Source: Candidatus Nomurabacteria bacterium (lineage in GTDB: Bacteria > Patescibacteriota > Patescibacteriia > HK-STAS-PATE-3). From it: 64,000 nucleotides of DNA. Below the pieces are notes generated by a model. The model saw only the letters and a program-made list of their open reading frames with translations, was not told the DNA's origin and searched no databases. Location of the stretch: NCBI GenBank assembly GCA_023898465.1, contig CP060223.1:992001-1056000 (forward strand), in the 5' to 3' direction. Shown here one piece after another: positions 1-7,880 of this stretch. A program made the translations under genes and the position numbers. Positions within the stretch are counted from its first letter, which is position 1. Each line of letters opens with the position of its first letter.

Positions 1-330
1 CTATATAGGTATCAGAGCGCGGGATGTAGGCCTCTGGTTGGTAGTAGTCATAGTAGGACACAAAGTAGTCAACGGCGTTCTCCGGGAAAAATTCTTTAAA
101 CTCAGAAGCCAGCTGAGCGGCCAATGTTTTGTTATGCGAAATGATTAAGGTTGGTTTACCAATATTGGCAATGACATTTGCCATGGTAAAAGTTTTACCT
201 GAGCCCGTGACGCCCAGGAGGGTTTGATAATGATTACCCTTTTGCAGACCCTTGGTTAAGCCCTCGATTGCCTTGGGTTGGTCGCCGGTTGCTTGGAATG
301 GAGAGACGAGCGTAAATGGAGAAGACATAG
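1..330 (-). CDS. uvrB: Excinuclease ABC subunit B (UvrB), N-terminal fragment truncated by window edge
   Basis: Reverse-strand translation beginning at 330 reads [28 protein letters not shown]...[17 protein letters not shown]...[21 protein letters not shown], the classic UvrB N-terminus with Walker A GSGKT. Confidence 0.85.
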
Positions 331-413
331 TTTAGGTAGTGTAGCATGTCTTGACATTCATGTATGGTCCGCTATGGTTGCTGCAGTTCTTTTGAGTTTG
401 CCAAGGAGGGACT

Positions 414-776
414 ATGGCATACCGAGCACTTCGGCAGGAAACCCGAAAAAAGAGAGTTGGCTACCCGGTCATATTGAGGAAGGTGTCTCTCACGGGTCAC
501 CAGCAGCATTTCGGATGCTTGGCGACTTTTGTATGGATGTTAGCCTTTGTTTGGCTCTGTCTTTTCCTGGAGTGGTGCCTTGATCTAAAGGTTGATACAG
601 TGCTGAGTTCGACACAAGTCGCTCATCTCATGTATGAGGCCGGATTGAGGTTGATCACCCTCGCGGTGCTCATCGGCGCGTATGGCTACTTCAGTGTTCA
701 AGCAACTCGCCAAGTCCTTATCCGACGTCCCACCAGTAAGAGGCGGCCGAAGCTGACAAAGGAGGATGCTCAATGA
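414..776 (+). CDS. hypothetical small membrane protein (GC-rich ORFan)
   Basis: AGGAGG 4 nt upstream of ATG; hydrophobic segments; no recognisable family. Confidence 0.4.
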   Translation: MAYRALRQETRKKRVGYPVILRKVSLTGHQQHFGCLATFVWMLAFVWLCLFLEWCLDLKVDTVLSSTQVAHLMYEAGLRLITLAVLIGAYGYFSVQATRQVLIRRPTSKRRPKLTKEDAQ

Positions 777-997
777 GTTGGCAACAGCGCGTGGAGGTGA
801 GAGGTAATGAAGAGGTCGTGCAATCACAAGATGTGTGGCTGACACACAGGCCTGGACCAGGCGAGCAGCTCATCCTCGAGCTTCAACTCGTGAGAGGTGG
901 TCGGCAGGCATTCTCCTGCTTCGTGGATGAGGCTGCCTCGACAGAGTCACGGATGGTTTTGCGAGATTTGCAAGAGACTCGCATCTCAGTGGGCTGA
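773..997 (+). CDS. hypothetical protein, translationally coupled (ATGA overlap) to upstream ORF
   Basis: ATG overlaps stop of 414..776; GC-rich; no recognisable family. Confidence 0.3.
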   Translation: MSWQQRVEVRGNEEVVQSQDVWLTHRPGPGEQLILELQLVRGGRQAFSCFVDEAASTESRMVLRDLQETRISVG

Positions 998-1133
998 ACT
1001 TGAGGCGCAGCATGAAGAGTATTTGAGAGCAGTGTGGTACACCCCGCTGCTCTTTATCTTGACTTTCTTCCTCTTTTTTCGCACACTGTGGCTGGTTCCT
1101 TGCATTTGAATGAACAAAAGGCTGGGGGAAGAT

Positions 1134-1634
1134 ATGAGGCTAATCCAAGTAGGCGAATTGGTACTGAGCCTGCGGAGCAATTTAGGAACTTTGGTCAGTC
1201 TGAGCGATGACATTGTTCGCATGGACGACAAGGTGGACAATATGGCTCAGGACGAAAGTCAGGAGTCGACTCCGAGCCCGGAGGATGATGATGGACCAGA
1301 GGCAAGCCCGGTGATGTCCATGGAACAACTCATGGGGCAGATCGGGGAAACCTGGCAGCGGATAGGGGGAGCCGCAACTACTCTTCTCGACGAAAGAGAG
1401 AGCCCCGGCTATGGAGCCGCGTGCCACTGCATGGGCGAGATGTTGATGGGTCTTCATCAGCGCCTCGGTGGGAGGTCCCTGGATGACAGTGGCAGGGAGC
1501 TTGTTGCTGCACTGCATGAATCTTTGCAGGGAATAGGCACTGACCCTGGCAACATCTCAATGATGAGTCTCGGGCATTACAGTAGCGATTTCAGTGAGCG
1601 CTATCTTGGCTGGTGCGCGAGACAAAGGGGCTAG
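1134..1634 (+). CDS. hypothetical acidic protein (start at 1110 or 1134)
   Basis: ORF in the same GC-rich block; followed by a hairpin/T-run terminator. Confidence 0.35.
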   Translation: MRLIQVGELVLSLRSNLGTLVSLSDDIVRMDDKVDNMAQDESQESTPSPEDDDGPEASPVMSMEQLMGQIGETWQRIGGAATTLLDERESPGYGAACHCMGEMLMGLHQRLGGRSLDDSGRELVAALHESLQGIGTDPGNISMMSLGHYSSDFSERYLGWCARQRG

Positions 1635-1659
1635 CCAGGATTACTCGGAGGGTTACGCA

Positions 1660-1692
1660 CAGCGCTTTGTCGATTGATAGAGCGCTGTTTTC
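1660..1692 (+). terminator. intrinsic terminator (CAGCGCT...AGCGCTG + TTTT)
   Basis: 7 bp GC stem followed by T-run immediately after ORF 1134..1634. Confidence 0.5.
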
Positions 1693-1736
1693 TTGCTTAG
1701 TAGCCGAAAGAGATAAACCTACGCTATACTCCAAAC

Positions 1737-2309
1737 ATGATTGCCATACTCCGCGGAAAAGTTATTCAACTTGGTGAAAAAACTGCCATTCTCGATGTGC
1801 AGGGCGTTGGTTATGAGCTTTTTCTCAGTCCAAATGTGCGCGCATCGTTGAACGTAGATCAAGATATTACTCTGCATACCTATCTGAATGTGCGGGAAGA
1901 TGCCATGGAACTCTATGGTTTTCAATCAGCGGCCGAGCGTTCATTCTTTAAGCAGCTTATTTCGATTTCCGGTGTTGGACCAAAAAGTGCGCTGGGTGTG
2001 TTGGCAGTAGCAAGCTTGGATGAGGTGAAACGAGCAGTGGCCTCTGGTGATGCCAGTATGCTGACCAAGGTGGCCGGTATAGGGCGTAAGACGGCTGAGC
2101 GTATTGTGGTTGAGTTGAAGGAAAAACTAGTCGGAGAAGTATTAGAATCCCAAGGCGCCACAGCCGGCGACAGTGGTATTTTGGAAGCGCTGCAAGGCTT
2201 AGGGTATTCACTTATGGAAGCACGTGAGGCAGTTCGCGGGATCCCGGCTACTATTGAGGGTTTTGATGAGCGATTGAAAGTGGCCTTAAAGATGATTGGA
2301 AAGTCATAA
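1737..2309 (+). CDS. ruvA: Holliday junction branch migration protein RuvA
   Basis: MIAILRGKV...LDVQGVGYEL, HhH region GVGPKSALGVL, C-terminal domain; about 190 aa. Confidence 0.9.
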   Translation: MIAILRGKVIQLGEKTAILDVQGVGYELFLSPNVRASLNVDQDITLHTYLNVREDAMELYGFQSAAERSFFKQLISISGVGPKSALGVLAVASLDEVKRAVASGDASMLTKVAGIGRKTAERIVVELKEKLVGEVLESQGATAGDSGILEALQGLGYSLMEAREAVRGIPATIEGFDERLKVALKMIGKS

Positions 2310-3316
2310 TGGACGTTAGGGAAATAAGTGACGCGGTAGCTTGGGATGGATTTATCGGAGCGCAAAATCAAGCGCAGTTTTTACAGTCTTGGCATTGGGG
2401 TGAATTTCAGCGAGCGCTAGGTCGACAAATAGTACGCCTGGGTGTCTTTGACGGAGCGCGGCAACTCGCAGCCGCCCAAGGTGCCATTTATCATCTGCCG
2501 ATGAATCAACGCTATCTCTATATTCCTCGTGGCCCCATTATGCTGGACTATACTGACAAAGCAGTGTGGCAGGCGCTTCATCAAGCCTTATTGGAGCGGG
2601 CGCAACAAGCTCGTGCATTGGCGATTCGGATAGAGCCACTCATGCTCCGCAGCGCTGAAGCACCATCGATTGTTGAGTTGGGGTATCAACAGACTGAGGC
2701 AATGCAGCCGGCTGATACACGACTCCTTTCCCTTCACACAAGCGAGGATGACATCCTAAATGCAATGCATCAGAAGACTCGCTACAATATTCGCTTGGCT
2801 GAGAAGAAGGGTGTGCAGGTGATAACGACACACGCGGAAAAAGACCTCGAGACCTTTTTACAGCTCCAGCACGTGACCGCGAGCCGCGATAACATTAGCC
2901 CCTTCCCAGACAGCTACTTCCGCACAATGTTTGCGACTTTACCAGAGCTCATGCGCTCCATCGTGCTGGCGCAATACAACGGCATGACCCTAGCAGCCAA
3001 TCTCATGATTCGTTATGGCGATACCATGACCTATAGTCATGGTGCTTCATCAAATGAGCATCGAAATGTGATGGCACCCTATCTTGCCCAATGGCGATCA
3101 ATTCAACACGCAGCGCAGTCAGCTTTGAAATGGTATGACTTCCGTGGTATTGCACCGAGTGACGATCCACAACATGCCTGGGCTGGTATTACACGTTTCA
3201 AAGCCGGCTTCGGTGGCGAGGCGGTGCATCTCATTGGCACCTATGATTTCCCAGTTGAAAAAGGTTGGTATCAAGCCTATATGTTTGGTAGGAAGTTAGT
3301 CGGCTTGGTCCGTTAG
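2309..3316 (+). CDS. FemAB-family peptidoglycan bridge-formation (aminoacyl-tRNA dependent peptidyltransferase)-like protein
   Basis: N-terminal FLQSWHWGEF... and overall size/pattern typical of the FemAB/GNAT-fold family; start overlaps ruvA stop. Confidence 0.55.
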   Translation: MDVREISDAVAWDGFIGAQNQAQFLQSWHWGEFQRALGRQIVRLGVFDGARQLAAAQGAIYHLPMNQRYLYIPRGPIMLDYTDKAVWQALHQALLERAQQARALAIRIEPLMLRSAEAPSIVELGYQQTEAMQPADTRLLSLHTSEDDILNAMHQKTRYNIRLAEKKGVQVITTHAEKDLETFLQLQHVTASRDNISPFPDSYFRTMFATLPELMRSIVLAQYNGMTLAANLMIRYGDTMTYSHGASSNEHRNVMAPYLAQWRSIQHAAQSALKWYDFRGIAPSDDPQHAWAGITRFKAGFGGEAVHLIGTYDFPVEKGWYQAYMFGRKLVGLVR

Positions 3317-3480
3317 CTCTGCAGCAATTTACAATACGCAGGCTTCCCGCTATGCTGATTTTGCTTCCTTACTTTGCGCCCGTAGCTCTCGCCCGCTACG
3401 CCTGAGCGAAGCGATGGCGAGTGGGCAGTTGGCCCCTCGGCCATCTCGATGACAATATTAAAATCTTACGCATTATATAT

Positions 3481-3557
3481 GCGCCCGTAGCTCAGTTGGA
3501 TAGAGCGTATGGTTCCGGTCCATAAGGTCGTAGGTTCGATTCCTGCCGGGCGCACCA
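3481..3557 (+). tRNA. tRNA-Arg (anticodon CCG)
   Basis: Cloverleaf: acceptor GCGCCCG/CGGGCGC, anticodon stem TATGG/CCATA, loop TTCCGGT, T-arm GGTTCGATTCC, encoded CCA. Confidence 0.85.
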
Positions 3558-3578
3558 CGCGAAGTACGTTATTACTAA

Positions 3579-4142
3579 GTGACAGTACATAACATGCAGT
3601 TTGGCTTCCTGACACTTACCTATCTCTTCTTTATTGCCCTGGCCCTAGCAGTCATGGAAATTCAAATTGAGGGGAAGCACGGTTGGGCAACTCAGTTACC
3701 GACTTGGCGTTATGCACGTCCATGGCTCCTGCGGCTCACCAATGGACGACCTCTCACGGGCTATCACATTGCCCTTGGCGCTTTACTCCTCCTCTTCTTT
3801 CATTTACCACAGGCGTGGTTTGGTTGGTCGCGACAAGCTGAGGCAGTGACCCTTGCCTCTTTCTTTTTCCTTACAGTGTTTTGGGATTTTCTTTGGTTTG
3901 TTTTGAATCCACACTACGGATTGCGTCGTTACTCCCAAGCTCATGTATGGTGGTTTCCTAAACGCTTCCTGGGTTTACCGGTGGAGTATTACGGCGGCCT
4001 CTTTCTCTCCGTGTTGAGCTATGTAGCACTCTCTTCTCAGGACATCCCTACAGCCCTAAGTGAGTGGGCGATTGCTGGCGTCATTTTCCTTGGCTATGTA
4101 GTTGTTACAGCGCTACTGAGTTTACTTATTCGGCGACAATAA
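3579..4142 (+). CDS. hypothetical polytopic membrane protein
   Basis: Several hydrophobic helices, Trp/Phe-rich; no recognisable family. Confidence 0.45.
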   Translation: MTVHNMQFGFLTLTYLFFIALALAVMEIQIEGKHGWATQLPTWRYARPWLLRLTNGRPLTGYHIALGALLLLFFHLPQAWFGWSRQAEAVTLASFFFLTVFWDFLWFVLNPHYGLRRYSQAHVWWFPKRFLGLPVEYYGGLFLSVLSYVALSSQDIPTALSEWAIAGVIFLGYVVVTALLSLLIRRQ

Positions 4143-4300
4143 TACATTACTTGACTGCATATGCATGACTTGCTAGTGTCTCAAGTCGTTCTTTAGCATA
4201 GTCTCAGTAGCGAGGTGGGCAAGCGTCTTGCTTAGCTCGCTGCTGAGATGGCAGCTGTTCTCAGATGTCCTGAGGACACTTCCCGAGATGGGAGGGATAG

Positions 4301-4693
4301 ATGTACCCGAAGCCGATTAACTTGGAGTTGACCGAGTCGCTGCTGGTTGCCATTACGGCAATTCTGCGAGGAGTTGCCTTCCTGTGCAAGCTCGAAGTGA
4401 GTGCGCTCAAGTTGGTGAATGAAGACGGATCCGGCAGTGATAGAATCCGGCACATCAACTTCGAGGTGAAGTGCGTCATCGACGGCAAGCCCGTTGTCAT
4501 GACTGGTCGGGTATCAGTCGAGCGAGGCAGTGAGGACGATCCGACGCCTTGGCAGCCGATGCTTCTGGATCTCGATTTGGCTGAAGGTAAAGGAAGCGTC
4601 AGTTGTGGTTTCGACTTCGAGGCCGTCTGCGGCAAGGTGCTCGTGATTCGCTGCGTCCCCATGGAGTCGTGCCAATCACGCCCTAGAGCCTAG
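4301..4693 (+). CDS. hypothetical protein (GC-rich cassette)
   Basis: GGGAGGG RBS 4 nt before ATG; TTGACT-17-TAGTGT promoter at about 4151; terminator plus TTCTTGACA after stop. Confidence 0.45.
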   Translation: MYPKPINLELTESLLVAITAILRGVAFLCKLEVSALKLVNEDGSGSDRIRHINFEVKCVIDGKPVVMTGRVSVERGSEDDPTPWQPMLLDLDLAEGKGSVSCGFDFEAVCGKVLVIRCVPMESCQSRPRA

Positions 4694-4810
4694 GCCCAAC
4701 GAGCCGTCGTACTCTTTGTTACGGCGGCTTTTTCTTGACACTCAGCAGTGAACAGCGTAAAGAGACCGTGAAGTTAGTCTTGCACATTTACTTTACTGAA
4801 GGAGGATTTC

Positions 4811-5386
4811 ATGAGTGGCAAAACACTCATCTCTGTATTCGACAAGTCTGGATTGGTTGAAGCCCTTGCTCCACTTCATAAGCTCGGCTACACGGAGCGA
4901 CTGGCTTCGGCGGGTACGGCGAAACTACTGACCGAGTCTGGTATGCCGACCGATGACGTAGCGAGCTTGGTCGGCGGAGGACCGATCCTGGGACACAAGG
5001 TAGTGACTTTGTCCCGTGAGGTTCACGCAGGTCTTCTGGCCAGCGAGGCTGAGCAAGCTGAGCTGAATGAATTGGGCATCCCACGGATCGAAATCCTCAT
5101 CGTCGGGTTCTATCCACTGCACGCGGCGCTGGTTGACCCGGGCCGTACTTTGGCATCTGTGCTGCAGTCGCTCGACATCGGTGGTCCGACCATGGTGATG
5201 TCTGCAGTGAAGGGTGGACGCATTGTCGTGGTCGACCTGAACGATATTCCCCAGCTCGTGCGCTACCTGAAGGGCGAGTTATCGGATGGTCCCGGCTTCC
5301 TGGCCACCTTGTGGTGGAAGGCGGCAGCCAGGGTGGCTGAGTACTACGCTTCCCTGGCAATGTATCTCAATGAGTACCGCCGTTAG
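4811..5386 (+). CDS. stand-alone PurH N-terminal (IMP cyclohydrolase / MGS-like domain) homolog
   Basis: ISVFDKSGLVE...SAGTAKLL...LDIGGPTMVMSAVKG...LATLWWKAAARVAEYYASLAMYLNEY aligns with PurH residues about 1-200, but the KTLHPKVHGG motif is altered to VTLSREVHAG; GGAGG RBS. Confidence 0.7.
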   Translation: MSGKTLISVFDKSGLVEALAPLHKLGYTERLASAGTAKLLTESGMPTDDVASLVGGGPILGHKVVTLSREVHAGLLASEAEQAELNELGIPRIEILIVGFYPLHAALVDPGRTLASVLQSLDIGGPTMVMSAVKGGRIVVVDLNDIPQLVRYLKGELSDGPGFLATLWWKAAARVAEYYASLAMYLNEYRR

Positions 5387-5514
5387 CCTGATCTCAGGAT
5401 CGTACAGTGACATCCACTCGGTTCTTTGCCCCGCCACGATCTACATACAGTAGTAGTGGGCGGGGCTTTTTCTTGACTGCGTACAACTATGTGCTAAGGT
5501 CGGCGTAGAGTTTC

Positions 5515-6531
5515 TTGAGCGGGGTAGAAACAGAAGGAGGGTGTGACATGCCGTTCTTTGACAGTAGTCCTGTAATCCTGAGTGGTAGTGCACACCCGGC
5601 ATTAGCCACTGCGATTGCCAGAAACCTGGGACTAGATCCGGGGGCTATGAATGTCGGTCGCTTTCCGGATCATGAGATCAAAGTGCAGATCGGCGGAAAC
5701 ATTCGTGGTAAGGACGTTTTCATTGTCCAGCCAACGCATGCAACTGCTGATCGAGGCTCGGACAACTTGCTAGAACTACTCATCATGACTGATGCTGCAC
5801 GGCGTGCGTCGGCCGAACGCATCACTGTTGTTCTTCCTTACTTCGGGTACGCCCGACAGGATCGGAAGGACAAACCTCGGGTGCCTATCACTGCGAAGTT
5901 GGTGACGAGCATGATTCAGCATGCCGGCGCTGATCGCTTCCTCAGCATTGATTTGCACTCGGGCCAGATCCAGGGCTTCACTGACGCTCCCTTTGACCAT
6001 CTCTATGGTTGGATCGTCTTGCTGCCGGTGATCAAGTCCCTCAATCTTGCGGCACTTTCCATCGGGTCGGTCGATCTGGGCGGAGCAACTATGGTTGGGA
6101 ACTGGCGCTCGCGTATTCCGGGGTCTGATGTGGTGCTGATCGACAAGCAGCGATTGGGCGATCGAAGCACCAGGATCAGGCAAGTGATCGGCGAAGTTGA
6201 AGGCCGCGATATGGTTCTGGTTGACGATGTGCTTAGCAGTGGCATTTCCATGGAGGTAGCGGCTAGGGCTATGCAAGAGCGAGGCGCGCGTAGTGTTCGT
6301 GCAGCGGTGACCCACGGAGTTTTCTGTGAAGACTGTATTCGTCGGTTGGAGGAGGCGCCGATAACCGAAGTGTATGTGACCGATACCTTGCCTCTCCCGA
6401 GCAGCCTTCCAGGCAAGTTCCGCGTTTGTTCGGTGGCACCGTTGCTCGGCGACGCCATCATGGACATTCACAACTCGAATTCACTCACCCACCATTTTGG
6501 GCTGGATGGATCGGATGTGAAAAGCGAATGA
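5515..6531 (+). CDS. prs: ribose-phosphate pyrophosphokinase (PRPP synthetase) homolog, divergent
   Basis: RFPDHEIKVQI...TVVLPYFGYARQDRK...PITAKLV...DLHSGQIQGF...GRDMVLVDD; the canonical DTGGT motif reads SSGIS and RFSDGE reads RFPDHE; GAAGGAGG RBS; true start may be the internal Met (MPFFD, 5548). Confidence 0.8.
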   Translation: MSGVETEGGCDMPFFDSSPVILSGSAHPALATAIARNLGLDPGAMNVGRFPDHEIKVQIGGNIRGKDVFIVQPTHATADRGSDNLLELLIMTDAARRASAERITVVLPYFGYARQDRKDKPRVPITAKLVTSMIQHAGADRFLSIDLHSGQIQGFTDAPFDHLYGWIVLLPVIKSLNLAALSIGSVDLGGATMVGNWRSRIPGSDVVLIDKQRLGDRSTRIRQVIGEVEGRDMVLVDDVLSSGISMEVAARAMQERGARSVRAAVTHGVFCEDCIRRLEEAPITEVYVTDTLPLPSSLPGKFRVCSVAPLLGDAIMDIHNSNSLTHHFGLDGSDVKSE

Positions 6532-6649
6532 CGCAGCAGCAACGCCCGTCTCTTTCGAGAGCCGGGCGTTTTTCTCATATTGACCCAGGAAAATACCTAT
6601 GTTACAACGCTAACGCATTGGCGTGTGTAGCGAGAGTATTGGAGGGCGC

Positions 6650-6769
6650 ATGACTACGCTAAAAGGGAGTCGTCGTAACGAGCGCTGCCTGCGATGCGGG
6701 TACAAGCTCAAGTCCTGCATTTGCCCTAAGGGCATCTTTGGTTGGTTCCGGCGGCTTTTTCCTGGATAG
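6650..6769 (+). CDS. putative 39-aa zinc-ribbon micropeptide
   Basis: GGAGGG RBS; MTTLKGSRRNERCLRCGYKLKSCICPKGIFGWFRRLFPG with a CxxC...CxC pattern; below the ORF-track size cutoff. Confidence 0.25.
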   Translation: MTTLKGSRRNERCLRCGYKLKSCICPKGIFGWFRRLFPG

Positions 6770-6920
6770 GACGGGATAACTCCTTGATGTGCCAATTGAT
6801 GAGGCGACATCCACTTCCCGGCGGCACTGCATTGCAGGTCGCCGGCGTTTTCATTGACAAAAAAGCCTTGAGGTTGTTTTGTGATAGCAAAACACCGCCC
6901 TTTGTCATGAGGAGGGAAAG

Positions 6921-7124
6921 ATGGACTCAAAGGAAATAGAACGCATGCGTGAATTGCTGGCCCTCGGCGACCGCCGAGAGTTGACCATGCCTGAAGTAAT
7001 CGAGCTTCAGGAGCTACGAAGGCAGGTGGGAGAATTGAGTCCGGGAACAATCCCAGAAGCAATGTTCCCTCAGGGGCCACCCAGAGAATCAGGCGATGAT
7101 GAGAGCATTGGACTCATTGCCTAG
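6921..7124 (+). CDS. hypothetical small protein
   Basis: GAGGAGGG RBS; preceded by a hairpin plus TTGACA; followed by terminator GGCGACG...CGTCGCC TTTCTTTTT (about 7138-7175). Confidence 0.35.
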   Translation: MDSKEIERMRELLALGDRRELTMPEVIELQELRRQVGELSPGTIPEAMFPQGPPRESGDDESIGLIA

Positions 7125-7205
7125 ACGATCTTCGCAATTGGCGACGTGCGTTTGTGCGTCGCCTTTCTTTTTCCAGGATTTTCGAAAAAATGCTACACTT
7201 TTACC

Positions 7206-7448
7206 ATGGAAGAAAAACATCGTGACGTGCATGGCCACAAAGTATTCTATGCCGAGGAGGCAAAACGCGGCGTGGAATATTTAGATAATGCTCTTGATTA
7301 TAAAGAGGCTGAGGTATTTTTTCGCGATGCAAAATCACATGGAGAAAGTGAATTCGAAGACGAAGATCGGAGAAACTTCACTTTAGTGTATAATAAAAAC
7401 GGAACCTACACCCTAGTGTACCGTAAAGAATCTCGAGGCTGGTTTTAA
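7206..7448 (+). CDS. hypothetical small protein (possibly leaderless mRNA)
   Basis: MEEKHRDVHGHKV... with repeated TLVY(N/R)K motif; TACACT -10-like box 7 nt upstream of ATG and no SD. Confidence 0.35.
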   Translation: MEEKHRDVHGHKVFYAEEAKRGVEYLDNALDYKEAEVFFRDAKSHGESEFEDEDRRNFTLVYNKNGTYTLVYRKESRGWF

Positions 7449-7454
7449 TACCAT

Positions 7455-7850
7455 ATGCGAAAACGAGTAAAAAAAGAATTTGAGCAGCGCTCTACGTGGC
7501 AAGATAGAATCGCCGATACAATAACTCGTTTTTCCGGTTCAATGACTTTTGTTTACCTCCACATCGGATGGTTTATTTTATGGTTAATAGTGAATGGTTT
7601 AGAGGGAACAAAGCCATGGGATCCCTATCCATACAACTTCCTCACTCTGATTGTTTCACTGGAAGCGATTTTCCTTTCCACCTTTGTGCTTATTTCACAA
7701 AACCGTGAATCTGAGCGGACCGATGTGCGCGATCAGCTTGACTATGAAATTGATGTGAAGGCTCAGGAGCAAATCGAACGCATTATGAAGAGCCTGGAAC
7801 GCATTGAACGCAAACTCAATACTAGCAGCAAAAAAACAAAGCAAAAGTAG
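7455..7850 (+). CDS. DUF1003-family membrane protein
   Basis: PWDPYPYNFL...SLEAIFLSTFVLISQNRESERTD matches the DUF1003 signature (PFDPYPF...SQNRQ). Confidence 0.7.
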   Translation: MRKRVKKEFEQRSTWQDRIADTITRFSGSMTFVYLHIGWFILWLIVNGLEGTKPWDPYPYNFLTLIVSLEAIFLSTFVLISQNRESERTDVRDQLDYEIDVKAQEQIERIMKSLERIERKLNTSSKKTKQK

Positions 7851-7880
7851 TTCCTGATTCTTTGTAATTCCGGCCGGCAT

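Noticed and set aside
4811-6531. Calling the PurH-N/Prs pair a bona fide NARP1 (Adps + Namat) anti-defense pathway
   Set aside because: The partner protein is MGS/PurH-N-like rather than a nicotinamide PRTase (Namat), and there is no phage context (no capsid, terminase or integrase genes) in the window. Only the analogy is noted.
6610-7080. 156 aa minus-strand ORF
   Set aside because: Pro/Arg-rich, no RBS, and antisense to the SD-led small ORFs 6650..6769 and 6921..7124.
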